Positions 48,974 to 60,311 of a stretch of 64,000 nucleotides of DNA are shown in pieces (the first letter of the stretch is position 1; every line of letters begins with the position of its first letter). A program made the position numbers and the translations under genes. Source of the DNA: an uncultured bacterium (GTDB lineage Bacteria > Verrucomicrobiota > Verrucomicrobiia > Verrucomicrobiales > DEV007); contig CAXBMO010000013.1 in assembly GCA_963977015.1 (NCBI GenBank), forward strand, positions 96,001-160,000, read 5' to 3'. A model generated the notes under the pieces. That model saw only the letters and a program-made list of their open reading frames with translations. It did no database searches and had not been told where the DNA came from.

Positions 48974-49738
48974 TTAGGTAAAGTCGGCGTAGCGAGTTCC
49001 AAGAGGCGTGTTGAGGAGTGACCCTGCCAGGTTGACCAAGCCCTTCACGATGGCGTCGAACAACAGCTTTCCTTTTTCTGCACTCGCGAGGTCGGGGCGC
49101 CCGGTATAGCCGTTGGCGGTCCGCTGGAACATGTCGCGACTGAGATAGAAGCCGTGATTCGTGTCTGGGATCAACTCTCCCGCGTTCGCCAATTCATCGG
49201 TCTCCACCAGGTCCGGGCGGATGTGAAGCATCAATGACGTCTCAAACTCGCAGGCGTGGCCGACAAACTTGTGCTCTCCCTCCAGAATTGCCTCGCGCTC
49301 GGACTCCGCAACGGACCAATAACAACCGGCGGCGAGAAGGGCATCCAAATACAGGGGTTGAAGTTCACGCACCGCCATCTTCATCGGATCGGTATTGCCA
49401 CCGTGGCCATTGAGAAAGAGAACCCGCTTGAACCCGTCATCGAGAAGTGAGCGGGCCACGTCACAGAGGGTCGCAACATAAGTATTAAGGGCCGTGTTGA
49501 GGGTTGAGCCGATCCGCAAATGATGGGCGCTCGCTCCCAGCCAAATCGTTGGTGTCAGCAGCAACTGAGTGGCCAGCTCTTTTTCGAGAGCTTCGGCGAT
49601 CGCGCTACAGAGAATGGTGTCGGTCCCGGTTGGCATGTGGGGGCCGTGTTGTTCCACCGCTGCGATGGGAATCACAACAAGGGTGTTCATGCGATCGAGC
49701 TTTGTGAGCGTGGAAGAGGTCAGGTGCTGATAAATCAT
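48974..49738 (-). CDS. Creatininase-family amidohydrolase
   Basis: EQHGPHMPTGTD, NGHGGN and HACEFETS motifs. Confidence 0.92.
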   Translation of the reverse strand: MIYQHLTSSTLTKLDRMNTLVVIPIAAVEQHGPHMPTGTDTILCSAIAEALEKELATQLLLTPTIWLGASAHHLRIGSTLNTALNTYVATLCDVARSLLDDGFKRVLFLNGHGGNTDPMKMAVRELQPLYLDALLAAGCYWSVAESEREAILEGEHKFVGHACEFETSLMLHIRPDLVETDELANAGELIPDTNHGFYLSRDMFQRTANGYTGRPDLASAEKGKLLFDAIVKGLVNLAGSLLNTPLGTRYADFT

Positions 49739-51231
49739 GACGACGTTTCTGGCGGATGGTTTTTCATTACATGAGCGAAGGTCAGACGGGTTTCCCTGGC
49801 TGGGAACAAATAGCTAACGAAGTATCCCAGAACCAGGGAAAGGCCGAACCCGATTGGCCAATACCAGACCGAGAACCAGTCGGCGCGTTGATACATCAGC
49901 ACCAGTGTCACGATGGTTCCGAGCGAAACGCTGAGGAGGACACCCTGCCAGTTTGAGCGCTTTGAAAAGAGCGCGAGCACGAAAATCGCGAGGAGGGGGC
50001 CACCAAACGCAGCGGTGAGTTTCTTGGCTATGGCGAACACATCCCCCAACGGACCGACGAGGCAGGCCAAGGCGACCGAGAGTCCTCCAATGATGAGAAG
50101 GAGGACCCGGATGGATCGAAGCTCGCCCAACGCCGTGCTTGGGCGAAGTGATGGGAACAGGCGATCCCGGAAATCAACGACAACCGCGGTGGTGACCGAA
50201 TGAATCCCGGAGTCAATGCTGGACATGATTGCGGCAATCAGAGCGGCAAGAAAGAGGCCGCCAAGTCCGGGGGGGAAATGAAGCCGAACAAATTCGGGCA
50301 AGGCGCGATCCGCGACATTGGTTCCGGAGCCCAATTCGGCGGGATGGAGCGAATACCAACTGTAGAGGGCAACGCCGATCATGAGCAAGCCGGGCAAGAC
50401 GATCCACATCCCGAGCAAATTGATGGCCGCGCCGATCTGGGAGGTCTTTTCCGATTTGGCGGAAAGGTATCGCTGCACGGCCACTTGATCGACCCCAAAA
50501 GCGGAGAGGCCCTCCAGAAAGATGCCGATGAGAATTGCCCAACTGCCATAAGCCAGGGTCATCGATGGTTTGAAGTCGAGCACCAGGCCCTCCCGGCCAT
50601 CAAAATACGCGTGAATGACCTCGCCGAACGTGGATTCGCTCTTTGCCAGGATGAGTCCGACCGAAAGGAGGATCGTCAGCGCAAAGACAAAGAACTGAAT
50701 CACATCCGTCCACATCACCGCGCGCAACCCACCGAGCATGGTGTATCCGATCGACACGATTCCCAGGATGATGATAACGCCCGTTTGCGAAACGCCGGCA
50801 ACATTGGCAACCACGAGGGAAGCCGCATACGTCGCCGAGGCCATCCACCCAATCCGCAGCAGAATAAACAGGCCACTGGCCAGCGCGCGAACCGATACAT
50901 GGTAGCGCAGCTCGAGATATTCATAAGCGGTCTCGACCTTGAGCCGTGCGTAGACCGGGATGAAAACCCAGATGACGATTGGCGTCATCAGGGTGAATGC
51001 GACTAACGAGAGGCCGATGCGAAGGCTGTTGCCGAAGGCCGCGGCGGGATAGAACACAAATCTGTTGGAAGAGAAAAGGGTCGCCATGACGCTCAATCCA
51101 ACGACCAACCAACCCATCGAACGATTCGCAGCGAAAAATTCGCTGCGGGATTGGTTGTGGCCGAAATGAACGCCGATCCCGACGAGGGCAATGAGGTAAA
51201 CGGCGATGACAACGAGGTCGAGAACGTGCAT
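49735..51231 (-). CDS. Sodium:solute symporter
   Basis: TAYEYLELRY, GGLRAVMWTD, DQVAVQRYL and MSSIDS motifs. Confidence 0.92.
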   Translation of the reverse strand: MHVLDLVVIAVYLIALVGIGVHFGHNQSRSEFFAANRSMGWLVVGLSVMATLFSSNRFVFYPAAAFGNSLRIGLSLVAFTLMTPIVIWVFIPVYARLKVETAYEYLELRYHVSVRALASGLFILLRIGWMASATYAASLVVANVAGVSQTGVIIILGIVSIGYTMLGGLRAVMWTDVIQFFVFALTILLSVGLILAKSESTFGEVIHAYFDGREGLVLDFKPSMTLAYGSWAILIGIFLEGLSAFGVDQVAVQRYLSAKSEKTSQIGAAINLLGMWIVLPGLLMIGVALYSWYSLHPAELGSGTNVADRALPEFVRLHFPPGLGGLFLAALIAAIMSSIDSGIHSVTTAVVVDFRDRLFPSLRPSTALGELRSIRVLLLIIGGLSVALACLVGPLGDVFAIAKKLTAAFGGPLLAIFVLALFSKRSNWQGVLLSVSLGTIVTLVLMYQRADWFSVWYWPIGFGLSLVLGYFVSYLFPARETRLTFAHVMKNHPPETSS

Positions 51232-51350
51232 TGGGATTTCAGCCGACCCTAGGGGAGCGGATGAGAAGTTGCAATGGTCTCCATCCGTGTTCGTTTGAAA
51301 AGAGGCTGGAACTTTCCCGGCGAACCTGAAACGATCACGGCCAACGCAAC

Positions 51351-52268
51351 ATGAAAACTCGCCGCCAGTTTCTCTCAGGTTCGGTTTCCGCCGCAGCGGG
51401 CTTGGCTGCTGCCGGGTGTCAGGCCTCGACGTCTTCCGACTTCATCGATGCCCACGTTCACGTCTGGACGCCGGACACGCAGCAATACCCGCTCGCGTCG
51501 AATCATACCAAGGATCAGATGAAGCCGGCGAGTTTCACACCCGAAGAGCTGTTCGCGCACGCAAGACCGGCAGGCGTGTCACGAATCGTCCTCATCCAGA
51601 TGAGTTTCTACGGCTTCGACAATTCGTACATGCTCGAGGTGATGAAACGTTACCCTGGAGTCTTTGGCGGCGTTGCGGTGATTGACGAGCATGCTCCAGA
51701 TGTGGTCTCGACGATGGTGAAACTGAAAGGGCTGGGAGTTCGCGGGTTTCGGATTCGTGCGACGAAAGCAATGGCGGAAGGATGGCCCGAGTCAGCGGGG
51801 ATGGTCGAGATGTGGAAAGCCGGTGCAGAACACGAGATCTCCATGTGTCTCCTTGCCGATCCTGATTCGCTTCCCGGAGCGCTGAAGATGTGCAGGCAAT
51901 TTCCCGATACTCCGGTGGTGATTGACCATTTCGCCAGAATTGGCGTAAGCGGAGTGATCCATCAAGCGGACGTCGACCAGCTCTCCCGCTTTGCTGATTG
52001 TCCGAAGGTCAAGGTCAAGACCTCAGCCTTCTATGCGCTCGGAAGGAAGACCGTTCCTTATGATGATCTTGGCCCGATGATCAAGCAACTCCGCGACGCG
52101 TTCGGACCGGAACGGTTGATGTGGGCGAGCGATTGTCCCTATCAAGTGGTTGACGGTCATCGTTATGCCGATTCGATTGCCCTGATTCGGGATCGACTCG
52201 ATTTTCTGACGGAGGACGACAAACGGTGGATGCTGCGAAAAACGGCGGAAAGCGTCTTCTTTGGTTAG
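51351..52268 (+). CDS. Tat-exported amidohydrolase_2 family protein
   Basis: TRRQFL Tat motif, IDAHVHVW, VIDH and WASDCP motifs. Confidence 0.9.
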   Translation: MKTRRQFLSGSVSAAAGLAAAGCQASTSSDFIDAHVHVWTPDTQQYPLASNHTKDQMKPASFTPEELFAHARPAGVSRIVLIQMSFYGFDNSYMLEVMKRYPGVFGGVAVIDEHAPDVVSTMVKLKGLGVRGFRIRATKAMAEGWPESAGMVEMWKAGAEHEISMCLLADPDSLPGALKMCRQFPDTPVVIDHFARIGVSGVIHQADVDQLSRFADCPKVKVKTSAFYALGRKTVPYDDLGPMIKQLRDAFGPERLMWASDCPYQVVDGHRYADSIALIRDRLDFLTEDDKRWMLRKTAESVFFG

Positions 52269-52269
52269 G

Positions 52270-53376
52270 CTAGCCTCCATCAAAATTCATGACGACGTCT
52301 TCATAAAATTGGGCGGCAAACTCGACTTGTGCGAGGTCCACAAATTCCGTGGCGGCATGTGCCTGGTCGATCGAACCCGGACCAAAGATGATACTTGGGA
52401 TTCCGGCGCGAGAAAGCTTCGTGGCATCGCAGCCGAAGGGAACCCCGATGGGTTCCGGATTCCCTCCCAACCGATTCATCACGTCCTGTGAGATCTTGAC
52501 GATTTTGGAATCCAAAGGCGTCTCCATCGCTTCGTCGATCAGGTCTGGAGGTAGGAACTCGGCATCGATGCCGGCAAGCAGCGCCTGATATTCTGCGAGA
52601 ACCTCGGTTGCGCGCTCGCCGGGGAGCATCCGGCGGTCCACGGAGATTTCACAGCGATCGGGAACAATATTGACCTGAGTGCCGCCCTTGATGGTTCCCA
52701 CCGAACAGGTCGGAGAGCCAACCAAAGGATGCGCGTTTGCGGCGAGTCGCAGATGATCGTTGTCGATCGCCTGGAGCACCTTGGACATCTCCATGATTGC
52801 GCTTTTCCCAAGGTGAGGCTTTGCGCTGTGGGCGGCTTTGCCGTGAGTTCGGATTTTCCAGCGGAGAACGCCTTTGTTCGCCGTGACGATCCGATTCAGG
52901 GTTGGTTCGGCGACAATGGCAGCCTCAGCCCCGGGGAGTTGGTCGATCAAGCCAAGAACGCCGCGGTAGGCATGTTCTTCATCGATGACCGCCGCAAGCC
53001 AAACCTCGCAGGGAGGCTCTTTCAGATTGGTTAGTGCAAACGCCATCGCGGCAAGACCGGACTTCACATCCACTGAACCTCGCCCATACAGTTTGCCGTC
53101 TCGAATCTCCGGTTCGAAGGGGGAGATGTCCATCTCGTTGGCATGAACCGTATCCATATGCGCTTCCAGGACGATTCGACGATCGGGATTCCGCCCTGGA
53201 ATGCGTGCGATGACATTGGGGCGGCCGGGGAGAACTTCATCAAGGGAGACGTCAATGCCCCGGCTCTTCAGGAAGTTTTCCAGCCAAAGAGCGACATCCC
53301 GTTCGCCTGGACCCGCCCATTCGGGATTGACGCTGTTGATCCGCACGAGTTCGGCGAGAATATCGGTTACGCCCAT
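52270..53376 (-). CDS. M20 (ArgE/DapE-like) deacylase
   Basis: AHMDTV, GRGSVDVK, DEE, AEPT and AH...E motifs. Confidence 0.92.
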   Translation of the reverse strand: MGVTDILAELVRINSVNPEWAGPGERDVALWLENFLKSRGIDVSLDEVLPGRPNVIARIPGRNPDRRIVLEAHMDTVHANEMDISPFEPEIRDGKLYGRGSVDVKSGLAAMAFALTNLKEPPCEVWLAAVIDEEHAYRGVLGLIDQLPGAEAAIVAEPTLNRIVTANKGVLRWKIRTHGKAAHSAKPHLGKSAIMEMSKVLQAIDNDHLRLAANAHPLVGSPTCSVGTIKGGTQVNIVPDRCEISVDRRMLPGERATEVLAEYQALLAGIDAEFLPPDLIDEAMETPLDSKIVKISQDVMNRLGGNPEPIGVPFGCDATKLSRAGIPSIIFGPGSIDQAHAATEFVDLAQVEFAAQFYEDVVMNFDGG

Positions 53377-54491
53377 GCGCTGAGAACCTCCGTGAGGCAG
53401 TCAACGTCCTGCATCTGATTGTATCCGTGAATCGAAACACGCAATCGGCCAGCCTGGTGCATGACGTGGATGTTATGCTCCAAAAGAGAGTCGTTGAGCT
53501 CTCGATCCCGCGAATGTTGAAAGGATACAATGCCAGAACCATTCTCCGGTTGAGGCGGCGACATCGTTGGGATTCCCAGTTGATCCAGATTGTGATGGAG
53601 GCGGCGGACAAGCCCGTCGGCATGGGCTGCGAGATGGGGAATGCCGATCCCGCAGAGGTAGTCCATTCCGGCCCGGAGAGCATAGATGGCCGGGAAGTTG
53701 GGCATTCCCACCGCGAAGCTTGCCGCTCCCTTCATTGGTGCGGCCCGTTCAAATCGATCCGGTTCAAAGGCATTCTTGAGGTGAAACCAACCACCGGCAT
53801 ACGTCGTGAGGCGGTCCGCGACGGTTTCCGGGATCGCGACCACGCAACCCCCGTGAATTCCGAGTATCCATTTGTGGGTGCTTGAGATGATACAATCCGC
53901 ATCCAGACAATCCAACTCAACCCGGCCGAAGGCCTGCGTTACGTCGACGGATAGAATCGCGTTGGGCGCCAACTCGCGAACGAGGCTGCGAAACGGCCCC
54001 CATTCCATCCGATAACCCGTTAGGAAGCTCACCAGTGAAACCTGCACCAGTTTGGTTCTGGTAGAGAGCAATTGGGCCAATGGATCCAATTTGAGAACGC
54101 CTTTGTGATGCTTCCAAAGACCTACCTTGGGAGAATTGGGCGATCGAATCCATGGGGTGGCTCCAGCCGGGAAATCCAAGTCGGAGATCACAACCTCATC
54201 ATCCGGATTCAATTGGAGGGCCGACGCCAGGAGGTTGTAGGCCTCCGAAGCGCAGGAGCAGAATGCCACTTCTTCAGGCGTTTTTGCAAGCATGCCTGCT
54301 GCGATCTTCCTGCACCGCTCCAATTCCTCAAAATGGAAGTCGCGGCCTTTCATCCCGAGAGACTTGTCACGCCAGTAGGTCTCCAGCGCTTCATGCACGG
54401 CCAGGGGCGGAATGCCTTCCGCCGCCGAGTTGAGATACACGTTATCCTTGAGCAAAGGAAAGTCACTCTCACGGCTGTTGAAGGAAAGCAT
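53367..54491 (-). CDS. Class-V PLP-dependent enzyme
   Basis: YLNSAA, DVTQAFG, STHKW (PLP Lys) and RVSIHGYN motifs. Confidence 0.88.
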   Translation of the reverse strand: MLSFNSRESDFPLLKDNVYLNSAAEGIPPLAVHEALETYWRDKSLGMKGRDFHFEELERCRKIAAGMLAKTPEEVAFCSCASEAYNLLASALQLNPDDEVVISDLDFPAGATPWIRSPNSPKVGLWKHHKGVLKLDPLAQLLSTRTKLVQVSLVSFLTGYRMEWGPFRSLVRELAPNAILSVDVTQAFGRVELDCLDADCIISSTHKWILGIHGGCVVAIPETVADRLTTYAGGWFHLKNAFEPDRFERAAPMKGAASFAVGMPNFPAIYALRAGMDYLCGIGIPHLAAHADGLVRRLHHNLDQLGIPTMSPPQPENGSGIVSFQHSRDRELNDSLLEHNIHVMHQAGRLRVSIHGYNQMQDVDCLTEVLSAWA

Positions 54492-54637
54492 TCGTTAAGC
54501 TGGAACAGAAGGGCGCGAAATCAAACGGGCGGCTGCTTCGGCTCGATGCGCGGGGACTTGGTTTGGCGATTGCCTACGGCGACGGCAGTGGTGGCGCCTT
54601 ACGGTTCATCCTTTCGCCTTCAACCGTGCTCGCATCT

Positions 54638-55834
54638 CTACCGAAACAAATCCGGACTTGGCCAGCGGTCTTCAATCCCCCGGATCTGCTCCTCCACCGG
54701 CGGCTTGACTTTGGGCCAGCTGTGCGGGCGAATCCGGACGATGCGCCCAGGGCGGAAGCCTTCCAGCACGAGCGGAATTTGGATCTGCACCTGAATCCCA
54801 CTGCCGCCAAAGGCTGGGTTTTTCTCGGATTTCTCCACCGCGACCACCCTGCCATCCATTCCATCATGGTCCGGCCAAAAGGTGCGCAGGGTGTCTTCCG
54901 CTGCGGCCATCTGAGCGCCTGTATTGGGCGTGAAATCGGCATAGAGTGATTCGTCCATGCCGCCAAATAGCGTCGCGGTCACGGTTGCCTTTCCGAATTC
55001 TCCATGGCTGACGGCATCGACCCGGGCCGGCATCCAACGCAGGCGGATGTGGCGCACGTGGCTGCCTTTTTGGCGATCCGTTGCGACCTTCATCGCAGCG
55101 TCGTCGAGCCAAACGTCGGCGGCGTGGAATTGTTGGTAAAGATACCGGGGGTGCCAGGTCAGGCCGAGCTGGATTGCCTGCCCATCGAAGTTCTTCTTGC
55201 CAGATGCCGGCCAGGATCCATCTGCGATGAGATCGGTGAGTCCGAGCAATTCGCGACCGCGCCAGATGCGGGTGGAGCTGTCGATCGTGACCTTGTGCTC
55301 GCCGCCAAGCCCTTCGCCACCGTCCTCCCGATCAAGGCTGGCGATCAGTTGACCTTCTACACCGTTGATCTCCACGGCGGTCAGGTTCCAGGCTTTGCCT
55401 TCGCGCAGACAGAGGCTCGGACCGTCCTCCAGCAGAATCGCGTGATTCTCAGCAGGCTGCGTCACGTTGTTTCCCTTCACCACGGGGACGGAGGAGGTCT
55501 TCGGATCGGGCGGGAGGTAGAAGCGGCCATACAGCACGGTTCCGATCGGAATATCCCGCAACTCGGCCGGCGCGCCGCGATAGCGGATCATGCCGTAGGG
55601 CAACATGGCGAAGTGATGCAGTTTGCCTTCGTGGTAGTGGCCGTTCACGTGCAAGCGCAGGCTTCCGCGCCGATTCACGTGATCGACGAAGACGAGTTCG
55701 CCGCGGTAGGATTTGGCTTCCTCGATGGGTGGAAACTGCCCCGGTTCCGGGCGGAATGGTTCGTCATCGGCAATCGCAATTGGTCCGATGCAAACCAGAA
55801 GGAGTAAGCAAAATGAGAAGGTGGTTCGACTCAT
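54638..55834 (-). CDS. Exported hypothetical protein
   Basis: Signal peptide; ATGA overlap with the DUF1552 gene. Confidence 0.75.
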   Translation of the reverse strand: MSRTTFSFCLLLLVCIGPIAIADDEPFRPEPGQFPPIEEAKSYRGELVFVDHVNRRGSLRLHVNGHYHEGKLHHFAMLPYGMIRYRGAPAELRDIPIGTVLYGRFYLPPDPKTSSVPVVKGNNVTQPAENHAILLEDGPSLCLREGKAWNLTAVEINGVEGQLIASLDREDGGEGLGGEHKVTIDSSTRIWRGRELLGLTDLIADGSWPASGKKNFDGQAIQLGLTWHPRYLYQQFHAADVWLDDAAMKVATDRQKGSHVRHIRLRWMPARVDAVSHGEFGKATVTATLFGGMDESLYADFTPNTGAQMAAAEDTLRTFWPDHDGMDGRVVAVEKSEKNPAFGGSGIQVQIQIPLVLEGFRPGRIVRIRPHSWPKVKPPVEEQIRGIEDRWPSPDLFR

Positions 55835-57183
55835 CCCAAATCCAGTTCGCGGTTGCTATCGCCAAAGTTCTCCGTTTCCACACCCATCTTCTGCGCCATG
55901 GTCAGGAGGAGGTTACTCATGTGCGCATCGCTGTTTGCGGGGCGGCCACAGAGGCGGTAGTGCGTCCCTGGCTGATCCAGTTGGTATCCGTCGAAGTGTC
56001 CCTGGTTGTGGTCGAGGTGGCGCCCATGCTTGAGCCCCAGGCCGGTTCCACCGGCGAACACCAACGGCAGGTTGGCGTTGCCGTGGCTGTGCCCGTAGGC
56101 CATGCCGCTTCCGAACAGCGCCATCGTGGTGTCGAGCAACGGACTGCCGTCGAGGTCCTTGGTCTCGGCGAGGCGCGAAAGAAAATACCCAAATTGCTCG
56201 ACCGCAAACGTGTCACTCTGGGTCAGCGCTTCCATGTGATTGGGATCGCCGTTGTGATGGCTTAGCGCGTGGCGCGACTGGGTGATGCCCAGCTCGGGAA
56301 TCGGCAAGCCCTGACCTTCCAAGCCGCTACTGAAAGTGGCGACCCGGGTGGCGTCGGTCTGAAATGCGAGCACGATCAAATCGTAGACGGTCCGAAAATA
56401 TTCGCCGGCCTCGGTTTGCGGCACGTCCCGATTGGCGCGCTTGCGATCGGTGTCTGCAATTGACGGGCGCGGAACGTCGAGCCAGGCGTCGGCGCGATCG
56501 GTGCGAATCTCGGTTTCCCTGACTGCGTTGAGATACTGCTCCAGACGTCCCTTGTCCTCCACTCCCATTTTCGTTTCCAGCTTGCGAACTTCTTCCAGAT
56601 TCGAGTCGAGCACGCTGGCCTTGCGTCGCAGCGCCCGCCGTTGGGCTTCCGTGCCGTTCTTGGGTTCCTCAAACAGGTGAGCAAAAATCTGACGGCAGCG
56701 GCTCATTCCCGGAAGCCGGATTCCGTCCGCGGTCCAGGCCAACGACTCGCCCTTGTTCGAAACCTCGAGGGAATGAAAGCGAGTGTGCGGTGACGTCACT
56801 TCCGCCATTTTCTGGTCCACTGAAATCGTGTTGCGATCCGTAGGCCCAAGCTTTCCACCCGTCAGCCAAATCTTTTGGCAGTTGTGATGATGACCCAGTC
56901 CGCCCGGATGGTGCATCCCACTGATCGGGGTGACCACGTTGCGGTGTTTTTCCAGCGGCTTGAGCGAACGCGAAAATTCGAAGTCTTCCCCGGGCGTGGT
57001 GATTTGAAAGTCGAGCGTATTGACGCCGTTCGGGATGTAGACGAACGCGCTGCGTTTTGGCTTGTGAGCTTCAGCCGCTCGGGCGGGGTTCATGCATTCG
57101 AGAAGCGGCAACGCGATAAAGCTGCCGAGTCCGCGCAACGCATGGCGGCGATCGATCAACCAGGATTGGGTTTGGATATTCAT
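55831..57183 (-). CDS. DUF1552-family protein
   Basis: RRHALRG...[30 protein letters not shown] and HSHGNANLP motifs. Confidence 0.88.
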   Translation of the reverse strand: MNIQTQSWLIDRRHALRGLGSFIALPLLECMNPARAAEAHKPKRSAFVYIPNGVNTLDFQITTPGEDFEFSRSLKPLEKHRNVVTPISGMHHPGGLGHHHNCQKIWLTGGKLGPTDRNTISVDQKMAEVTSPHTRFHSLEVSNKGESLAWTADGIRLPGMSRCRQIFAHLFEEPKNGTEAQRRALRRKASVLDSNLEEVRKLETKMGVEDKGRLEQYLNAVRETEIRTDRADAWLDVPRPSIADTDRKRANRDVPQTEAGEYFRTVYDLIVLAFQTDATRVATFSSGLEGQGLPIPELGITQSRHALSHHNGDPNHMEALTQSDTFAVEQFGYFLSRLAETKDLDGSPLLDTTMALFGSGMAYGHSHGNANLPLVFAGGTGLGLKHGRHLDHNQGHFDGYQLDQPGTHYRLCGRPANSDAHMSNLLLTMAQKMGVETENFGDSNRELDLG

Positions 57184-57188
57184 GAAGT

Positions 57189-57237
57189 TTTTAGCGGTTA
57201 GCTTTTAGCTTTTAGCTTTTAGCGGTTAGCTCTGAGC
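57189..57237 (+). repeat. Heptamer array NNTTAGC x6 plus one degenerate unit
   Basis: ttttagc ggttagc ttttagc ttttagc ttttagc ggttagc tctgagc. Confidence 0.92.
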
Positions 57238-57578
57238 TTCTGGAGAAATGCGTTAAGCATGCGTTTGATTTCGGTGAGTTCGGTGGTGATTTGGCTGAAT
57301 TGGGGCGGAGAAAGGTATTGGAGATCGTGGGAGAGAATGAGTTGGTATTCCAACTCCGTTGCGGAGCCCATACTGTGGTCGAGGAACCGCGCAAAATCCG
57401 CGTCCGAATTTCTGCCACAGCCTTCCGCGATGTTGGTGGGCACGGAAGAAGCGGATCTTCGCATTTGTGAGATGAGACCATACCTTTCTGAATTCGGAAA
57501 TTCCTGGGTGATGCGGTAAATTTGAAGCGTGAGTTGGTGCGATCTCTCCCATATTTGCAACTGCCGAAAATCTTTCAT
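57219..57578 (-). CDS. Four-helix-bundle protein (23S rRNA IVP / TIGR02436-like family)
   Basis: FRQLQIW, FPNSERYGLISQMRRSASSVPTNIAEG and GSATELEYQL motifs. Confidence 0.95.
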   Translation of the reverse strand: MKDFRQLQIWERSHQLTLQIYRITQEFPNSERYGLISQMRRSASSVPTNIAEGCGRNSDADFARFLDHSMGSATELEYQLILSHDLQYLSPPQFSQITTELTEIKRMLNAFLQKLRANR

Positions 57579-57588
57579 GGCTCCTAAA

Positions 57589-57619
57589 GCTAATTGCTAA
57601 CTGCTAAAGGCTAACGGCT
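57589..57619 (+). repeat. Heptamer array GCTAANN x4, inverted relative to 57189-57237
   Basis: gctaatt gctaact gctaaag gctaacg gct. Confidence 0.9.
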
Positions 57620-60043
57620 TTGAATCAATTCAGACAGGGCGACTGCGCGCACGACGTCTTTGAGTCGGGATTCGTTCCTTTTCGCCTCCGAGACAATGGA
57701 CTGGATTTCATCGTGGTCATCCACCGTCATGACGCGTCGCAGGGCGTAGGTGCAGAGGTGCTCGACGAAAGCTTCCAAAAAGCGGTCACGATCCTCGAGC
57801 AAAAGCTGTTTGAACTCGTGAGCATTCGCGAACTCGCGTCCATCCGGCAAGATGCCGCTGGGATTCACCGGTGGATCCTCGCCCTTGCCTTTCTCCACCC
57901 GTTCGTGGGTGCGCCATTGACCGATCGCGTCGTATTGATCAAACGCCAGGCCGAGCGGGTCAATATTGCGATGACAGGCGGCGCAATTCGCATCCTGCGC
58001 GTGCGCTTCCAGCTTTTGGCGAATCGTTGCCTTGGGACTGTCCGGTGGATTCGGTTCAATTGGATCGACGTTCGCCGGCGGTGGTGGCGGGGTTTTGCCG
58101 AAAATCGCCTCGCTGAGCCAGACTCCACGATGAACCGGGCGATGCCGCGTGCCGTCAGACGTAAGCCCCAGAATGGCCCCCGTCGTCAGAAGGCCGCCGC
58201 GGTGAGCTTCCTGAGGCAGCGAAACGCGTTGAAAACCCGAGGTTTTGGGATCGGGCAAGCCGTAGAATTCGCACAAACGCGGATTCGCAATCGTCCAGTC
58301 GGAACTGATGAACGTATCAAGCGGCAGGTTGTTGGCGAAGACTTCGCGGAAGTAGTGCACCACTTCTTCGCGCATGCTCGCCTCCAGCCACACGTCGTAT
58401 TTCGGGTAGAGCTTGAGATCTGGCGGGAACATTCCCAGACGATGCAATTGGAGCCATTGCCGGGGGAAGTCGTCCATGAACCGGTCGATTTTTGAATCCT
58501 CCAGCATGCGGTCCACCTGCGCTGCCAGGTTCGCGCGGTCACCGGTTAGTTTCCCTTCCCGGGCAGAATCCCAAAGTGCTTCATCCGGCATCGAACTCCA
58601 AAGGAGATAGGAAAGGCGGGAGGCCAATTCATAGTCCGTTAGTCTTTCGCGGGGAGTTTCTTCTCCCTCGACCAAATACATGAAATTCCGGGAGGTGAGC
58701 ATCCCGAGCAGTGCCACCTGATAGGCTGCGAACACTTCTTCACCGGCCTTGCGCTCCGAATCGTAGGAACGCAGGTAGGGCTCGAGTTCCGTCCGCGATA
58801 CCGGGCGACGCCAGGCGCGCTCGGCGAATCGTTGCAGATGATTGGCAACCTCTTCTTCGGTCGCACCTTCACCCGGCAATAGCCCTTCTCGGGTGGCGAT
58901 TTCGGTTTCGCTGACGATCGGGCCTTCCCACTCAATCCAGTCCAACAGCACGGCCGAGTAAATGCCATTTCCCTCTTCATCGAACATCTTCGGCGCCGTT
59001 GGATTCAGCAATTGGGTTTCGCTGCTGTGGGTGAAGATGTAATGCGAGCTGGAGAGCGCATTGCGATAATGCCCGCCTTTCTGCCGGTTGATGATGTCGG
59101 TCGCCACGACATTGAAATCGAGGTTCGTGGGCATCTCCAAAAACACTTCGAACTCGATGATCTCCGGCTCATCTTCCGTTGCGAGAATATCGAGCTCGAT
59201 CAGCCCCTCATTGGCTCCCTCAACGGTCGCTTGGCCAATCCGAAGATGCGGTGTCTGCCCGCCGGGGGGACGAATTCCGCTCACCTGCATTCTTGCGCGA
59301 TACAGCCCGCTCTGTTCCGGACCAATGTGGCCAAACCAGTTCGATCTCAGGGCCTGTTGCGTCCGTCCCGGAAAAATCAGGGCCCGCAGCGGACGTTTGA
59401 TTCCAAACCGATCGAGGTATTGCTGCTGAGTTTCCCCCCCGCGATAGCGCGTATCCGCCGCGGTCTTGAGCACTTTCTTGGGATCGACCGGTTTTTCGGG
59501 AAACGCCCGGGTCAGCACCGTCTCGGCCGCGCGGTAATAGCGTTCCACGTGAGAGGGCGCCAGCGAAAGCTGCGATCCGATGCGCTCAAAGCCGTGCCAG
59601 CGCGGATCCTCGTTCAACTCACCCGGTTTGGCTGGATCATAGCGCACGCCGAGCAGATCGTAGACCGTGTTCTCGTATTCCCTGCGGCTCAGGCGGTAAT
59701 GTGCCACCGGCGGGCGCGCCGCCATGCGGGCTGCGCGGCCTTCGCGAATGCGGGAATCAAGCTGTTCGATCACCGTCGCGATTTCGTTTTCGGTTGGCAG
59801 CGGTTCGTCTTCCGGCGGCATTTCACCCGAATTGATTCGCTCCACGATCTCCGCCCAAAGATGGCCATTGGCACCGGATTTGAAATCGCGCGACAACTCG
59901 TCGATTCGGAGGTCGCCCTTTGCCTTGTCCGGGCCGTGGCAACGCACGCAATGCGTTTCGAGAAATGGCTCAAATGGTTCTGCGGCGGAAAGGATCGTTG
60001 CCGGGGAAAAACAGGCGACGATAATGAAAAACAAACGGGTCAT
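57611..60043 (-). CDS. DUF1592/DUF1588-type planctomycete cytochrome c domain protein
   Basis: CVRCH and CAACH heme motifs; [26 protein letters not shown] and PVHRGVW motifs. Confidence 0.9.
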   Translation of the reverse strand: MTRLFFIIVACFSPATILSAAEPFEPFLETHCVRCHGPDKAKGDLRIDELSRDFKSGANGHLWAEIVERINSGEMPPEDEPLPTENEIATVIEQLDSRIREGRAARMAARPPVAHYRLSRREYENTVYDLLGVRYDPAKPGELNEDPRWHGFERIGSQLSLAPSHVERYYRAAETVLTRAFPEKPVDPKKVLKTAADTRYRGGETQQQYLDRFGIKRPLRALIFPGRTQQALRSNWFGHIGPEQSGLYRARMQVSGIRPPGGQTPHLRIGQATVEGANEGLIELDILATEDEPEIIEFEVFLEMPTNLDFNVVATDIINRQKGGHYRNALSSSHYIFTHSSETQLLNPTAPKMFDEEGNGIYSAVLLDWIEWEGPIVSETEIATREGLLPGEGATEEEVANHLQRFAERAWRRPVSRTELEPYLRSYDSERKAGEEVFAAYQVALLGMLTSRNFMYLVEGEETPRERLTDYELASRLSYLLWSSMPDEALWDSAREGKLTGDRANLAAQVDRMLEDSKIDRFMDDFPRQWLQLHRLGMFPPDLKLYPKYDVWLEASMREEVVHYFREVFANNLPLDTFISSDWTIANPRLCEFYGLPDPKTSGFQRVSLPQEAHRGGLLTTGAILGLTSDGTRHRPVHRGVWLSEAIFGKTPPPPPANVDPIEPNPPDSPKATIRQKLEAHAQDANCAACHRNIDPLGLAFDQYDAIGQWRTHERVEKGKGEDPPVNPSGILPDGREFANAHEFKQLLLEDRDRFLEAFVEHLCTYALRRVMTVDDHDEIQSIVSEAKRNESRLKDVVRAVALSELIQSR

Positions 60044-60311
60044 GTATGGGGTTAGCTATGGGGATTCACGTTGCGGGCGAAGCCTGATTTTCATTTCATC
60101 AGAAAAAATAAGGGAGAACGCGCTCATTTCCCGGTTCTCACGGCACACTCTGAGACCAGTGTCACAGTCAGCCTGAGCAGGCAAATTGATAGCTGGGTTT
60201 CCGCGTGTTCCATCGACCATCGAACGGGGCCTCCCGTAAAGTGGGCATTTTAAGCCTTCTTTTTTGTTAGATTGTGGCGCGCCAAGCTAAAGAGTGGTGA
60301 GATTATCAGTC

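Noticed and set aside
53367-54491. The missing sufS
   Set aside because: Lacks the catalytic Cys loop of cysteine desulfurases and sits in a catabolic context
57189-57619. CRISPR array or diversity-generating retroelement
   Set aside because: The repeats are 7-mers without spacers; no cas gene, reverse transcriptase or TR/VR pair is seen in the window
60206-60219. Second LexA-like box TGTTCcatcGACCA
   Set aside because: One mismatch; such matches are expected by chance in 64 kb
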